NCBI GenBank assembly: GCA_963823035.1
Contig: CAWGKG010000018.1
Location: 96,001 to 160,000, forward strand
Source: an uncultured Gemmatimonadales bacterium
Lineage (GTDB): Bacteria > Gemmatimonadota > Gemmatimonadetes > Longimicrobiales > Gaopeijiaceae
DNA length: 64,000 bases
Reading direction: 5' to 3'
The position numbers and the translations under genes were made by a program. Below the pieces are notes generated by a model. The model ran no database searches. It worked only from the letters and a program-made list of their open reading frames with translations, and was not told where the DNA came from. Positions 11,428 through 20,891 of this stretch are shown here, piece by piece. Positions within the stretch are counted from its first letter, which is position 1. The number at the start of each line of letters is the position of its first letter.

Positions 11428-11537
11428 AGGGTCCCGGCGCGCGGAAACGGTTCTTTCCTCCTCGGGGGGGTAGGGGTACCTTCGCGTCTGCCCAGGACCC
11501 TCCCTCGAGCGTGACGACAGCCGAGGCCCACTAAGCG

Positions 11538-12677
11538 ATGCCCGACGAAGCTCCGATCCGCGTGCTCCTCGTGGACGACGACGAGGCGGCGTTCCAGTTG
11601 ACGCGCGCGATCCTGGACCGCATTCCGTCGACGCGCTTCGATCTCGACTACGCCCACTCCTTCGACGACGGCGCCGCTGTCATGGCACGGCAGGTGCACG
11701 ACGTCTACCTCGTCGACTACGTGCTGGACAAGCGCTCCGGCATCGACCTCGTGCGCCGCGCGCGTGCGGCGCTGAACCATGCCCCGATGATCCTCCTCAC
11801 CGGGAAGGGGCGATACGCCGTGGACGTCGAGGCCATGGAGGCCGGCGTCTCCGACTACCTGGAGAAGGCCCGGGTCGACCCCGACCTCCTGGAGCGCTCC
11901 ATCCGGTACGCCATGGACCGAGCGCGCGCCGAGGCGGACCTGCGCGACAGCGAAGCGCGCCACCGCTCCATGTTCGACCATCTTCCCATCGGCCTGTACC
12001 GGACGACCGTCGAGGGGGCGCTGCTGGACGCCAACCCATCGTTGGTCCAGCTCCTGGGGCATCCCGACCGCGACACGCTGGAGCTTGTCTACGCGCGGCA
12101 CTTCTTCGTGAGCCCCGCACATCGCGACACCTTCCTGGAGCGCCTGGAGCAGTTCGGGCTCCTGCGGGGCTTCGAGAGCGAGCTGAAGCGTCCGGACGGT
12201 CGCCTCGTGCGGGTGCGCAACGCCGCACGCTCGCATCGCGACGAGCACGGCGCGACCGTCTACATCGAAGGCTCGGTGGAGGACGTCTCGGAGGAGCACG
12301 AGGCCCGCGACCTGCACGGGCGCGCGGCACGGTTCTCCTGGATCTTCGGACGCTCGGGCCTGGCGATCGTCCTCGTCGACCTCGCGGGCACGATCCTCGA
12401 CGCGAACCCCGCCTTCCTGCGTGCCTTCGCCTACGAGAGCGAGGCGATCCTGGGCCGGCCGATCGTGGAGCTGGCAGACGCCTGGGACCGGGACTCCCTC
12501 TCGAGCGAGCTGGCCCGCGTCGCCTCCGGCACCGCCGACACGAGCGAGGCGGAGCGCCGCCTCCTGGCCACCGACGGCGTGGTCCTGTGGGCGCGGACAC
12601 GCACCGGGCTGGTGCGCAGCGCGAACGGACGCCCCGACCACGTCATGATCCTGCTGGAGGACGTGGCCGAGGCGTAG
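11538..12677 (+). CDS. Response regulator receiver plus two PAS domains, no output domain
   Basis: VLLVDDD, LVDY and DYLEK receiver motifs, followed by two PAS repeats (LLDANPS, ILDANPA). Confidence 0.85.
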   Translation: MPDEAPIRVLLVDDDEAAFQLTRAILDRIPSTRFDLDYAHSFDDGAAVMARQVHDVYLVDYVLDKRSGIDLVRRARAALNHAPMILLTGKGRYAVDVEAMEAGVSDYLEKARVDPDLLERSIRYAMDRARAEADLRDSEARHRSMFDHLPIGLYRTTVEGALLDANPSLVQLLGHPDRDTLELVYARHFFVSPAHRDTFLERLEQFGLLRGFESELKRPDGRLVRVRNAARSHRDEHGATVYIEGSVEDVSEEHEARDLHGRAARFSWIFGRSGLAIVLVDLAGTILDANPAFLRAFAYESEAILGRPIVELADAWDRDSLSSELARVASGTADTSEAERRLLATDGVVLWARTRTGLVRSANGRPDHVMILLEDVAEA

Positions 12678-12691
12678 TCCTGCCTGCGGAG

Positions 12692-12765
12692 TGGGCCCGG
12701 CAGGGCTCGAACCTGCGACCGATGGATTATGAGTCCACTGCTCTAACCAGCTGAGCTACGGGCCC
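12692..12765 (-). tRNA. tRNA with CAT anticodon, most likely tRNA-Ile2 (lysidine type); CCA not encoded
   Basis: GGGCCCGTAGCTCAGCTGGTTAGAGCAGTGGACTCATAATCCATCGGTCGCAGGTTCGAGCCCTGCCGGGCCCA forms a full cloverleaf with a paired 1-72 position, so it is not fMet. Confidence 0.9.
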
Positions 12766-13885
12766 CGTCGGGCAAAGATACGGACTCGTGGCTCCGGCGG
12801 AAGCGCAGGCGCGCGGCGACGCCGCTGCCCTCGCGGTCCAGCCGAGCGCCGGCCTCGCCGCTCACCTCCTCCACGTCGCCCCCCTGCGCGAAGGCCAAGC
12901 CGACACAGCGGTCGGCGTAGTCGGGGTGCTCGCGGATGAACGCCCGTGACAGGAGGAGGAGGTCCACGCGCCCCTCCGCGAGGGCTGCATCCGTGGCTTC
13001 GGGCCCGAGGGATCCGAGCGCGCCGGAGCGTGCCGCGTCGGCCAGCTCCGTGACCAGCCGTAGGTGCTCGCGCTCGCTCAGGTCGCCGGCCGCCGCGCGC
13101 ACGTCGTCGCGGACCTGCGGCAGGCTCATGTCCACGCTGAGCGAGGGGCGCTCGCTGACGCGGCCGTCGAAGCGCTTGGGTAGGTTGTGCGCCAGATGGC
13201 GCACCATCTCGGGCGTGCCACCGAGGACCACGACGCCGTGCGCGCCCGCCCGCTCCTCGATCACCCCCATGAGCTCCTTGAGCATGCGCTCGGAGGCCAC
13301 CTCGAGGATCCGCTGGGCCTGGTCGGTCGACGTCTCGCCGCGTTGGCCCGAGCTACGCGCCGGGCTCTTGCGCATGCCGACGTCGGAGAGATCCCCGACG
13401 TACGTGTCCGCGCGCAGGCCGTCGAGCTCGCGCATCTCCCCGTCCACGTGCTCGAAGAGACGTGCCCGGCGGCTGTCCGCCAGCGCCACCAGCACGGGAC
13501 GCTCCTGTTTGAGCGCACGCACGTACGGGGCGACGCGGATGCCCGGCTCCCAGCGCACGACGTCGGGCATGGCGGCGGGCAGGCCCTCCGCATAGCGGAG
13601 CTGGTCCGCCGTCGCGAAGGCCACCCACCCGCGGTGGGGAAGAAAGGCGTCCTCCAACGGACGCAGCTCCCTCTCGACGTGCTCCCACGCCCGGTCGAAG
13701 TCTCCGAGGCCCTCCCCGTCCGACGACTCCAGCTGGCGGCGAAGTGCCGCGATTCCGGTCTCGAGGCGGGTGCGCCATGCATCCCGTTGCGCCGGATCGT
13801 GCTGGTCGCCGTTCACGTAGACGCTCAACACGTTCTGTTCCTCGAGGTCCCGGTACAGCTTGACGAGCCTGTCGTGGGTGAGCAT
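12743..13885 (-). CDS. Bacterial archaeo-eukaryotic release factor (baeRF / eRF1-pelota-like) family protein
   Basis: N-terminal VLSVYV, central VALADSRRARLF, and a C-terminal eRF1_3-like region (ALAEGRVDLLLL...GVAARLRF). Confidence 0.7.
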   Translation of the reverse strand: MLTHDRLVKLYRDLEEQNVLSVYVNGDQHDPAQRDAWRTRLETGIAALRRQLESSDGEGLGDFDRAWEHVERELRPLEDAFLPHRGWVAFATADQLRYAEGLPAAMPDVVRWEPGIRVAPYVRALKQERPVLVALADSRRARLFEHVDGEMRELDGLRADTYVGDLSDVGMRKSPARSSGQRGETSTDQAQRILEVASERMLKELMGVIEERAGAHGVVVLGGTPEMVRHLAHNLPKRFDGRVSERPSLSVDMSLPQVRDDVRAAAGDLSEREHLRLVTELADAARSGALGSLGPEATDAALAEGRVDLLLLSRAFIREHPDYADRCVGLAFAQGGDVEEVSGEAGARLDREGSGVAARLRFRRSHESVSLPDGARSSAG

Positions 13886-13972
13886 TCGGAGTCTCCCGGA
13901 TCGGGGGCAACGTCGCGAGGGAGTTGCAGCGGGCTCCCTTGCCCTTCCGTCAGGTAGAACCCCGCACCCGCG

Positions 13973-14659
13973 TCAGCGGTTCGCGGCCTCCATGTCCATG
14001 TCGCTCGTCGCGGCGGTCGCCTGGGCGGAGTGGTCGATCACGATGACCACGCGCCGGTTCTCCCAACCCGCGGTGCCGGGGCCGGTCTGGCCTTCGGCCA
14101 CGAGACGCTGGACGTCCTCGCCGTAGCTGACCGTGCGGATCTTCTCGCCGGTCATGCCCTGCTCGATCAGGAAGCCCTTCACCGTATCGGCCCGGCGCAT
14201 GCCGAGCTGCTGGTTGTAGGCTCGGCTGCCGGAAGCGTCCGTGAAGCCCTCCACGGTCACCAGGGCGCCCGGGTAGTACTCCTGGGCGATCTGGCTGAAG
14301 CGCGCCAGGACGTCACGACCCTCGGGCAGGATCTCCGACTCGTTGTACGCGAAGTACACCGGCATGTCGAAGCGCAGCGCCGTCTCGAGCTTCTGTACGG
14401 TGACGTCGAACTGCTGGCGGAGGTCGGTCAGCTGGGACTCGAGCTGCGACATCCGGGATTCCATGTTGTCCACGCGGCCGCCGAGCTGGCCGGAGACCTG
14501 CTGATCTCCCTGCTCGATCTGCTGAGTCAGGTCTTCACGCAGCGTCGCGAGACGGCTATCGAGCTCCTCGGGCTTGACGTGGGCGCACGCCGATGCCGAG
14601 ACGCCGAGCGCGGCGGCAACCGCCAGCCCCCGGAACGCTCTCATGTGTCCATTGATCAT
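13973..14659 (-). CDS. OmpA/Pal-like peptidoglycan-binding lipoprotein with coiled coil
   Basis: ASAC lipobox, VEGFTD...YNQQLGMRRA and NRRV motifs. GGAGG RBS. Confidence 0.9.
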   Translation of the reverse strand: MINGHMRAFRGLAVAAALGVSASACAHVKPEELDSRLATLREDLTQQIEQGDQQVSGQLGGRVDNMESRMSQLESQLTDLRQQFDVTVQKLETALRFDMPVYFAYNESEILPEGRDVLARFSQIAQEYYPGALVTVEGFTDASGSRAYNQQLGMRRADTVKGFLIEQGMTGEKIRTVSYGEDVQRLVAEGQTGPGTAGWENRRVVIVIDHSAQATAATSDMDMEAANR

Positions 14660-14739
14660 TCGGGACCTCCCCGGTAGGGTCGTTCGGTCTTCCGACACCG
14701 GACGCCGGAGTGCGCCCGGGTGTTCCGAACGATACTCCC

Positions 14740-14756
14740 TGCAGGATGGGTGCCAA
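14740..14756 (-). promoter_or_regulatory. Putative sigma-54 promoter for the OmpA-like gene
   Basis: Minus strand TTGGCACCCATCCTGCA has correct GG-N10-GC spacing, about 80 nt upstream of the ATG. Confidence 0.5.
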
Positions 14757-14803
14757 GCGTGCTGTGACGCCATCTTGAGGGGGTTCCGTTACCCCACGGG
14801 CAC

Positions 14804-15442
14804 CTACTTGGTGCCGAAGAGCCGGTCTCCCGCATCTCCCAGGCCCGGGAGTATGTACCCGTTCTCGTCCAGCTCCCGGTCCAGGGCTGCGGTGAACACC
14901 GGGACGTCAGGGTGACGGTCCGCCAGCACGCGAACCCCCTCGGGCGCGGCCACGATGCACATGAAGCTGATGCGCGTCGCCCCGCGCGCCTTGAGTCCGG
15001 AGATCGTCGCCGCGCCCGAGCCTCCGGTCGCGAGCATGGGGTCCACGACCACGAACCGCCGGATCCCGGAGAGGGCCGGCAGCTTGAAGTAGTACTCCAT
15101 GGGCTGCAGCGACTCCTCGTCGCGCGACATGCCCACGTGCCCGACCCGCGCGCCCGGCAGAAGACGGATCACGCCCGAGACCATCCCCAAGCCGGCGCGG
15201 AGCACCGGAACCACGACCAGCTTCTTGCCCGCGATCCGTGATCCGGTGGTGACCTCCAGGGGCGTGCGCACCTCGACCTCTTCCTCCTCCAGGTCGCGGG
15301 TGACCTCGTAGGCCATCAGGGTGGCGATCTCCTCCACCAGCTCCCGGAAGAGCTTGGTGGGCGTCTCCACGCCGCGAAGCAGGTGGAGCTTGTGCCGGAT
15401 CAGGGGGTGGTCGATGACGGTGAGGTTGTCGAGGTCGGGCAT
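14804..15442 (-). CDS. upp: Uracil phosphoribosyltransferase
   Basis: [22 protein letters not shown] and [18 protein letters not shown] motifs. Confidence 0.97.
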   Translation of the reverse strand: MPDLDNLTVIDHPLIRHKLHLLRGVETPTKLFRELVEEIATLMAYEVTRDLEEEEVEVRTPLEVTTGSRIAGKKLVVVPVLRAGLGMVSGVIRLLPGARVGHVGMSRDEESLQPMEYYFKLPALSGIRRFVVVDPMLATGGSGAATISGLKARGATRISFMCIVAAPEGVRVLADRHPDVPVFTAALDRELDENGYILPGLGDAGDRLFGTK

Positions 15443-15528
15443 GCGGTTCGCCTGGTCGGTGAGCGTGGCGGCGCTACCTTACATCCGGACTCCACCGCCC
15501 CGAAAGTCCGGGGAAGGACCGGGCCGGG

Positions 15529-16182
15529 ATGAGCGACATCGATCGGCGGGCCGAGCGCGACCAGATGATCCGCCGTCAGATCAGGGCACGAGGGGTCACG
15601 AGCCCCCGCCTGCTCGACGCGTTGGCCCGCGTTCCCCGAGAGCTCTTCGTGCGCGCAGAGACCCGCGACCGTGCGTACGCGGACCGCGCGCTCGGCATCG
15701 GCCACCACCAGACCATCTCGCAGCCGTACATGGTGGGGATCATGACCGACCTGCTCGACCCGGCGCCCGAGGACCGGATCCTCGAGATCGGCACCGGCTC
15801 CGGCTACCAGTGTGCGGTGCTGGCCTGCCTCGCCGCGGAGGTGTGGTCGATCGAGCGGATTCCGGAGCTCGCGCGCGACGCGATCGCGCGCCTCGACGAG
15901 CTTGGCCTCGACAACGCGCACGTCCGCGTCGGCGACGGTTCTCTCGGATGGCCGGATGCCGCGCCCTTCGACGGCATCCTGGTCACGGCCGCGGCGCCCG
16001 CCCCGCCCCCCTCGCTCCTGCAACAGCTGGAGCCGGAGGGAGGGCGCCTGGTGGTCCCTGTGGGCGGCCGAGACCTCCAGTACCTGGTGCGGGTCGAGCG
16101 CCACGGTACCGAATTCGTGTCGGATCGGCGCATCGGGTGTCGCTTCGTTCCCCTGGTCGGGCGCGAGGGGTGGGACGGCTGA
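15529..16182 (+). CDS. pcm: Protein-L-isoaspartate O-methyltransferase
   Basis: QTISQPY, LEIGTGSGY, APFDGILVTAA and FVPL motifs. Confidence 0.95.
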   Translation: MSDIDRRAERDQMIRRQIRARGVTSPRLLDALARVPRELFVRAETRDRAYADRALGIGHHQTISQPYMVGIMTDLLDPAPEDRILEIGTGSGYQCAVLACLAAEVWSIERIPELARDAIARLDELGLDNAHVRVGDGSLGWPDAAPFDGILVTAAAPAPPPSLLQQLEPEGGRLVVPVGGRDLQYLVRVERHGTEFVSDRRIGCRFVPLVGREGWDG

Positions 16183-16213
16183 GTGGGCCGCGAGCAGCCC
16201 CACCCCTCGCGCC

Positions 16214-17872
16214 TCAGCGCTTGATGCGCTCCCCCTTGTCTTCGTAGCGGAAGATCCAGGCGGCGATCCGCCCGGGCCGGATCGCCCCGGTCAGGTCGCC
16301 GTACTCGTGGTCACCGCCCGAGCCATGGGCGACGCTCGGGCGCTCCGCGACCTCGCTCAGGAACCGGCGACACCGGTCGCGCCAGCGGCGCCAGTTCTCG
16401 GGACGCAGGTCCACCCAGCCACGGTCCACCAGGCGGGCGTCGCCCGCGGGCAGCCCCACTTCCGGCTTCACCTTCACATCGGGGCCGCGCAGGAGGCCGG
16501 CTCCGTCCGGGAGGAGGATCGGGATGCCGATCGACAGCACCCTCTGGCGCAGGTCGGCGTCGCCCTCCAGCATCGCCCTCGAGCGCTGGGAAGCCTCGTC
16601 CGGATCCAGCCCCGCCGCCGCCTGCAGCCCCCCGTAGAGACGCGAGAGGATCTCCCCCTCGAACAGCAGCTTGGAGAGGCGGGGCGGCCCGAGCATCTCG
16701 TAGGCCACCGACCGGATGCCCGCCTTCGCCTCGAGCGCCTCCATGTGATCGATCGCGATGCTACGCAGCGCGCCGGCTCGGTAGGTCGGGCCCATCGTAG
16801 CGGCGTCCAGCGCCGCCACGACGTCTCTGCCCGTCGGATGGGAGAGGATCTCGCGCACGACATTGTCGGCGATCTCCTCGGGGGTCACGAACTCCATGAG
16901 GCCGAGCGCGGTGAGCGTCTCGAACTCACCGAGGCTGAAGAGGCCGTTCTCTCCCGCGTCGATGTAGACGCCCTCGAGCGGCGTGCCCGTCTCGCGGGCC
17001 GCCTTGCCTCCGTCCGGGCCGAACGCGTCGGCGAGCGAGAGGGGCTCGGTGCAGTCGACGCGCATGATGGGTCGGCCTCCCCGCTTCACCGGTCCGTGCG
17101 CGATCGACTTCCACGAGATGGCCGCGGTCGGCTTCACCTCCTTCACGGCCGGCGCTCCCGGCGTGCGCGCCATCAGGTAGAGGAAGAGCGTCTGCGCGCC
17201 GGCGATGCCCGACTTGGCGAGCAGCACGCGGGACGGTCGCTCCTCCGAGTGCGTGAAGGGGATGTTGAGCCCCATGCCACCCGTGCCGGCCGTGCCCACC
17301 TTCACGAACACCTCGGTGGCGGCCCGCCGCATCCCCTCCAGCGCGATCTGCGTGTGCCGGATGAGCTGAGGGAGGTAGAGCAAGGCCAGGTGCGACTCCA
17401 CCGCCGCGGTGTCCGCCTTCCCCTCGGCGGCGGCGGTGCGCAGGCTCGCCACCGAAGCGAAGACGTTCTGGTAGGCCAGCGCCCCCGCCGTGTTGATACA
17501 GTCGACGATGATGCGCGGCCGCGTCTCCTCGAGCATCCGGCCCAGCGTCGAGCGGCGGAACACGTCCTCGGTCAGCTCGCCGTAGAGGTCGTCCACCAGG
17601 CTCGCCCGCAGCTCCGCGTCCTCCAGGATCCGGGTCCGTGGCATGTCCTTCATCGCGTCGGGGACGAAGAGGTCACCCCAGACGGCCTCGAGGGCGACGC
17701 CCTCGGCCAGCCGCTCGGCCCGCAGCTCCTCCAGCGCGGCCTCCGACTCCTCCCGGCGCAGCGACCCGATCACGATCCTCTGGGGGCGACTCTGCAGCAT
17801 CTTCCGCGCGACCGCCATGCCCACGAGCCCGGCCCCGCCGAGGATGAGAACGGTCTTGTCTCTCAGATCCAT
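16214..17872 (-). CDS. NAD(P)-binding Rossmann / extended SDR-like protein of unknown function
   Basis: N-terminal ILGGAGLVG; 552 aa; co-oriented directly after rluB. Confidence 0.7.
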   Translation of the reverse strand: MDLRDKTVLILGGAGLVGMAVARKMLQSRPQRIVIGSLRREESEAALEELRAERLAEGVALEAVWGDLFVPDAMKDMPRTRILEDAELRASLVDDLYGELTEDVFRRSTLGRMLEETRPRIIVDCINTAGALAYQNVFASVASLRTAAAEGKADTAAVESHLALLYLPQLIRHTQIALEGMRRAATEVFVKVGTAGTGGMGLNIPFTHSEERPSRVLLAKSGIAGAQTLFLYLMARTPGAPAVKEVKPTAAISWKSIAHGPVKRGGRPIMRVDCTEPLSLADAFGPDGGKAARETGTPLEGVYIDAGENGLFSLGEFETLTALGLMEFVTPEEIADNVVREILSHPTGRDVVAALDAATMGPTYRAGALRSIAIDHMEALEAKAGIRSVAYEMLGPPRLSKLLFEGEILSRLYGGLQAAAGLDPDEASQRSRAMLEGDADLRQRVLSIGIPILLPDGAGLLRGPDVKVKPEVGLPAGDARLVDRGWVDLRPENWRRWRDRCRRFLSEVAERPSVAHGSGGDHEYGDLTGAIRPGRIAAWIFRYEDKGERIKR

Positions 17873-17887
17873 CTCGTCCTGCCTTTG

Positions 17888-18616
17888 TCATGTCCTGCCG
17901 GCGATGGCCCGCAGGAGGCTGATCTCGTCATCGGTGAGGGGCCGAAGCCCCCCCCGGGGCAGTGTTCCAAGTCGGACGGGCCCGAGGCGCACCCGCACCA
18001 GGCGGCGCACCGAATGGCCCACCGCGTCGAAGAGCCGGCGCACCTCGCGCTTCCGCCCCTCGGTGAGGACGAGGCGCACGACTCCGTCCCGTCCTTCGCG
18101 ACCGACGAGCTCCGCCCGCTTCGCACGCGCGAGCCCGTCGGCCAATTCCACACCCGCGCGCAGCCGCGCGAGCGTCTCCGGCGACGGCACCCGCGTGACC
18201 GTCGCCACGTACTCCCGCTCCACCCCCTGGCTCGGATGGAGCAGGGCGTGGATCACGTCACCGTCGTTGCTCAGGAGGAGGAGGCCCTCGCTGTCCCGGT
18301 CCAACCGTCCGACGTACTTGAGCGAGCGCTCGGACTCGGGCAGGATGTCGTAGATCGTCGCCCCTCCGTGTGGGTCCGAGCGCGTCGTCAACAATCCCGG
18401 GGGCTTGTGGAAGGCGACCCAGCGCACCTCGGCCAGTTCCGCGGCCACCCCGTCGACCTCCACGACGTCGCGCTCGGGATCCACGCGCGTTCCCAGCTCC
18501 GTGACCACGGCCCCGTTCACGCGGATCCGTCCGTCCAGGAGCATGCGCTCCGCTTCCCGGCGCGAGCTCCGCCCGGTCATCGACAGGTACTTCTGCAACC
18601 TTATCGCTTCGCCCAC
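17888..18616 (-). CDS. rluB: rRNA pseudouridine synthase (RluB/RsuA family)
   Basis: S4 domain RLQKYLS, GRLD catalytic motif, EGRKREVRR. Adjacent to scpB. Confidence 0.88.
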   Translation of the reverse strand: MGEAIRLQKYLSMTGRSSRREAERMLLDGRIRVNGAVVTELGTRVDPERDVVEVDGVAAELAEVRWVAFHKPPGLLTTRSDPHGGATIYDILPESERSLKYVGRLDRDSEGLLLLSNDGDVIHALLHPSQGVEREYVATVTRVPSPETLARLRAGVELADGLARAKRAELVGREGRDGVVRLVLTEGRKREVRRLFDAVGHSVRRLVRVRLGPVRLGTLPRGGLRPLTDDEISLLRAIAGRT

Positions 18617-18620
18617 GGGA

Positions 18621-19283
18621 TCACCCCGACGGCGTCTCCGCCTCGTTCCACTCCGGGACGGCTTCGTCCGGCCCGTCACTGCCGTCACCCAATACCAACT
18701 GCTCCTCCTCGCCCGCCGTCTCGCCGGCGACCTCCTCCTCCTCCGGCCCCAGCGGGATGCGCTCGCGCAGGATGATCGGCAACTCTTCCGGGCGCGGCAG
18801 CTCCTCGAGCGACTTGAACCCGAAGTGCTCGAGGAAGCGGGTGGTGGTGCCGTACAGCACGGGCCTGCCCAGGCCCTCGCCCCTTCCCATCACCTCGATC
18901 AGCTCCCGGTCCTGGAGCGTCTTCAGGACGCCCGCGGACCCTACGCCGCGGATGTACTCCACCTCGATGCGTCCCAGGGGCTGCCGATACGCCAGGATCG
19001 CCAACGTCTCCAGCGCCGGGCCCGACAGCCGGGACGGGCGCGGCACGTTGTCGAAGCGCTCCAGGTAAGGGGCGAACTCCGGGCGCGTCAGCACCTGGTA
19101 GCCCTCGGCCAACTCGACCAGCTGGAAGGAGCGCTCCGCGTCGTCGTACTCGGCCCGGAGGAAGCGGATGGCCTCCTCGACCTGGTCCTCGTCGAGCGTC
19201 TCGTCCGCACGGGCGATCTCGTCCGCGGTGAGGGGCGCGTCCGACGCGAACAGCACGGCCTCCACGATCTGGTGGGCGTTCAC
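18621..19283 (-). CDS. scpB: SMC-Scp complex subunit ScpB
   Basis: EAVLFAS, LETLAILAYRQP and GRPVLYGTT motifs. Confidence 0.95.
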   Translation of the reverse strand: MNAHQIVEAVLFASDAPLTADEIARADETLDEDQVEEAIRFLRAEYDDAERSFQLVELAEGYQVLTRPEFAPYLERFDNVPRPSRLSGPALETLAILAYRQPLGRIEVEYIRGVGSAGVLKTLQDRELIEVMGRGEGLGRPVLYGTTTRFLEHFGFKSLEELPRPEELPIILRERIPLGPEEEEVAGETAGEEEQLVLGDGSDGPDEAVPEWNEAETPSG

Positions 19284-20101
19284 GGGCGTGCCGCTCCTTT
19301 CTCTTCCTGAACGGGTTCCTCGGCGGGGGTGTCGACGGATGCGTCGGGTGCCTCGTCGCCCTCCTCCCTGCGGTAGATCCAAAGGTCCGAGAACGGGCTG
19401 CTCTGGCGCAGAAAGAGGAGGCGGCGCCGGGTCAGCTCCAGCCCTGCCAGGAACGTCATCACGCCGTGGATCTTCTCCTCGAAGCCGAGCAGCAGGCGGT
19501 TGAACTCGACGCGCGTGCTGTCGCGCAGCGCGTCCAGGATGAGCACGATCTTGTCCTCCATGGCCACGGTCCGGGGCGTCACCCGATGCTGTCGGTGTCC
19601 CGGCTCGGGCATCTGGACCGCGAGGGCGGCGGCGAAGACCTCCTCCCAGGTGGTCTCGAGCGGGGTCTCCGCTACGGGCCGCCGGGGCCGCGGCGGGTTG
19701 AAGCCCTTGCCGAAGCGCCGCGCGCGGTCGGCCTCGGAGGCGGACAGGCGCGAGGAGATCTCCCGGATCTGCTCGTACTCGAGGAGCCGGCGCACCAGCT
19801 CGGCACGTGGGTCCTCGTCCTCCTCCTCCTGGGTGCGCGGCAGCAGCATCTGCGCCTTGATGCGCACCAGCATGGCGGCCATCTCGAGGAACTCGCCCGC
19901 TCCGTCCAGGTCGTGCGCCTGGATGCCCCGGATCGCCCGGAGGAACTGGTCGGTGATCTTCGAGATCGGGATGTCGAAGACGTCGATGTCCTGCGTGCGG
20001 ATCAGATGCAGCAGGAGGTCGAGGGGTCCCTGGAAGCGATCGATCTCGACGAGGAGGAAGCCCTCGCGCTGCCCCGACCGGTCGGTGACGGTCAGATCCA
20101 C
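19280..20101 (-). CDS. scpA: Segregation and condensation protein A
   Basis: FQGPLDLLLHLI, EFLEMAA, DPRAELVRRLLEY and FLAGLEL motifs. Confidence 0.95.
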   Translation of the reverse strand: MDLTVTDRSGQREGFLLVEIDRFQGPLDLLLHLIRTQDIDVFDIPISKITDQFLRAIRGIQAHDLDGAGEFLEMAAMLVRIKAQMLLPRTQEEEDEDPRAELVRRLLEYEQIREISSRLSASEADRARRFGKGFNPPRPRRPVAETPLETTWEEVFAAALAVQMPEPGHRQHRVTPRTVAMEDKIVLILDALRDSTRVEFNRLLLGFEEKIHGVMTFLAGLELTRRRLLFLRQSSPFSDLWIYRREEGDEAPDASVDTPAEEPVQEEKGAARP

Positions 20102-20745
20102 AGGCGGATGAACGCGTCGGCGAGGCCCATGAGCCAGGTCACCGGCCAGAGGATGAAGCGGAAGGCGCCCGGAACGAAGAAGAAGAGCGCCATCACGACC
20201 AGGAGGCCGTAGCGCCCGGCCCTCCGGTACTCCAGTGCCAACGGGCGGGGGAGGAAGTGGAAGAGGACGTGCGAGCCGTCGAGCGGGGGGATCGGGATCA
20301 GGTTGAAGAAGGCGAGGATCAGGTTGATGAAGATCCCGTACGTCACCATCTGCATGAGCGCGTCCGTCACCGCTCCGGGACCACCCACCACGCTCCCCAC
20401 CTTGAGGAAGACGGCGCCGAGAAGCGTGGCCAGCACGGCCAGCCCCAGGTTGGAGACGATCCCGGCGAGCGAGACCCGGATGTCGCCCCACTTGGGGTCG
20501 CGGTAGTTGGCCGGGTTGACCGGCACGGGCTTCGCCCACCCGAACATGAACCCGCTGTGCGTGAAGTAGAGCAGCATCGGCACCAGGATCGAGCCGATGA
20601 AGTCGAGATGGGGCACCGGGTTGAGCGTGATGCGCCCCAGGCGGTCGGCGGTGTCGTCCCCCTCGCGTCGCGCCTGCCAGGCGTGTGCGACCTCGTGCAC
20701 GACGACCGAGAAGATCAGCACGACGATGATGAGGATGGCGTCCAC
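20092..20745 (-). CDS. Site-2 protease (M50) family
   Basis: HEVAH, GWAKPVPVN and NLIPIPPLDG motifs. Confidence 0.93.
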   Translation of the reverse strand: MDAILIIVVLIFSVVVHEVAHAWQARREGDDTADRLGRITLNPVPHLDFIGSILVPMLLYFTHSGFMFGWAKPVPVNPANYRDPKWGDIRVSLAGIVSNLGLAVLATLLGAVFLKVGSVVGGPGAVTDALMQMVTYGIFINLILAFFNLIPIPPLDGSHVLFHFLPRPLALEYRRAGRYGLLVVMALFFFVPGAFRFILWPVTWLMGLADAFIRLWI

Positions 20746-20891
20746 GGGGCTCCTGGATGGAGAGGCTCTCGCGGCGAAACCTACCTTGCCGGGGGTGGAG
20801 GGGTCCAGCCTTGACGGGACTGTGGGCCGCGTCCGCCCGGTGCGTCGATCGGTTACCTTACCGCAACGACCACCGAAACCGAGATCCGGAC

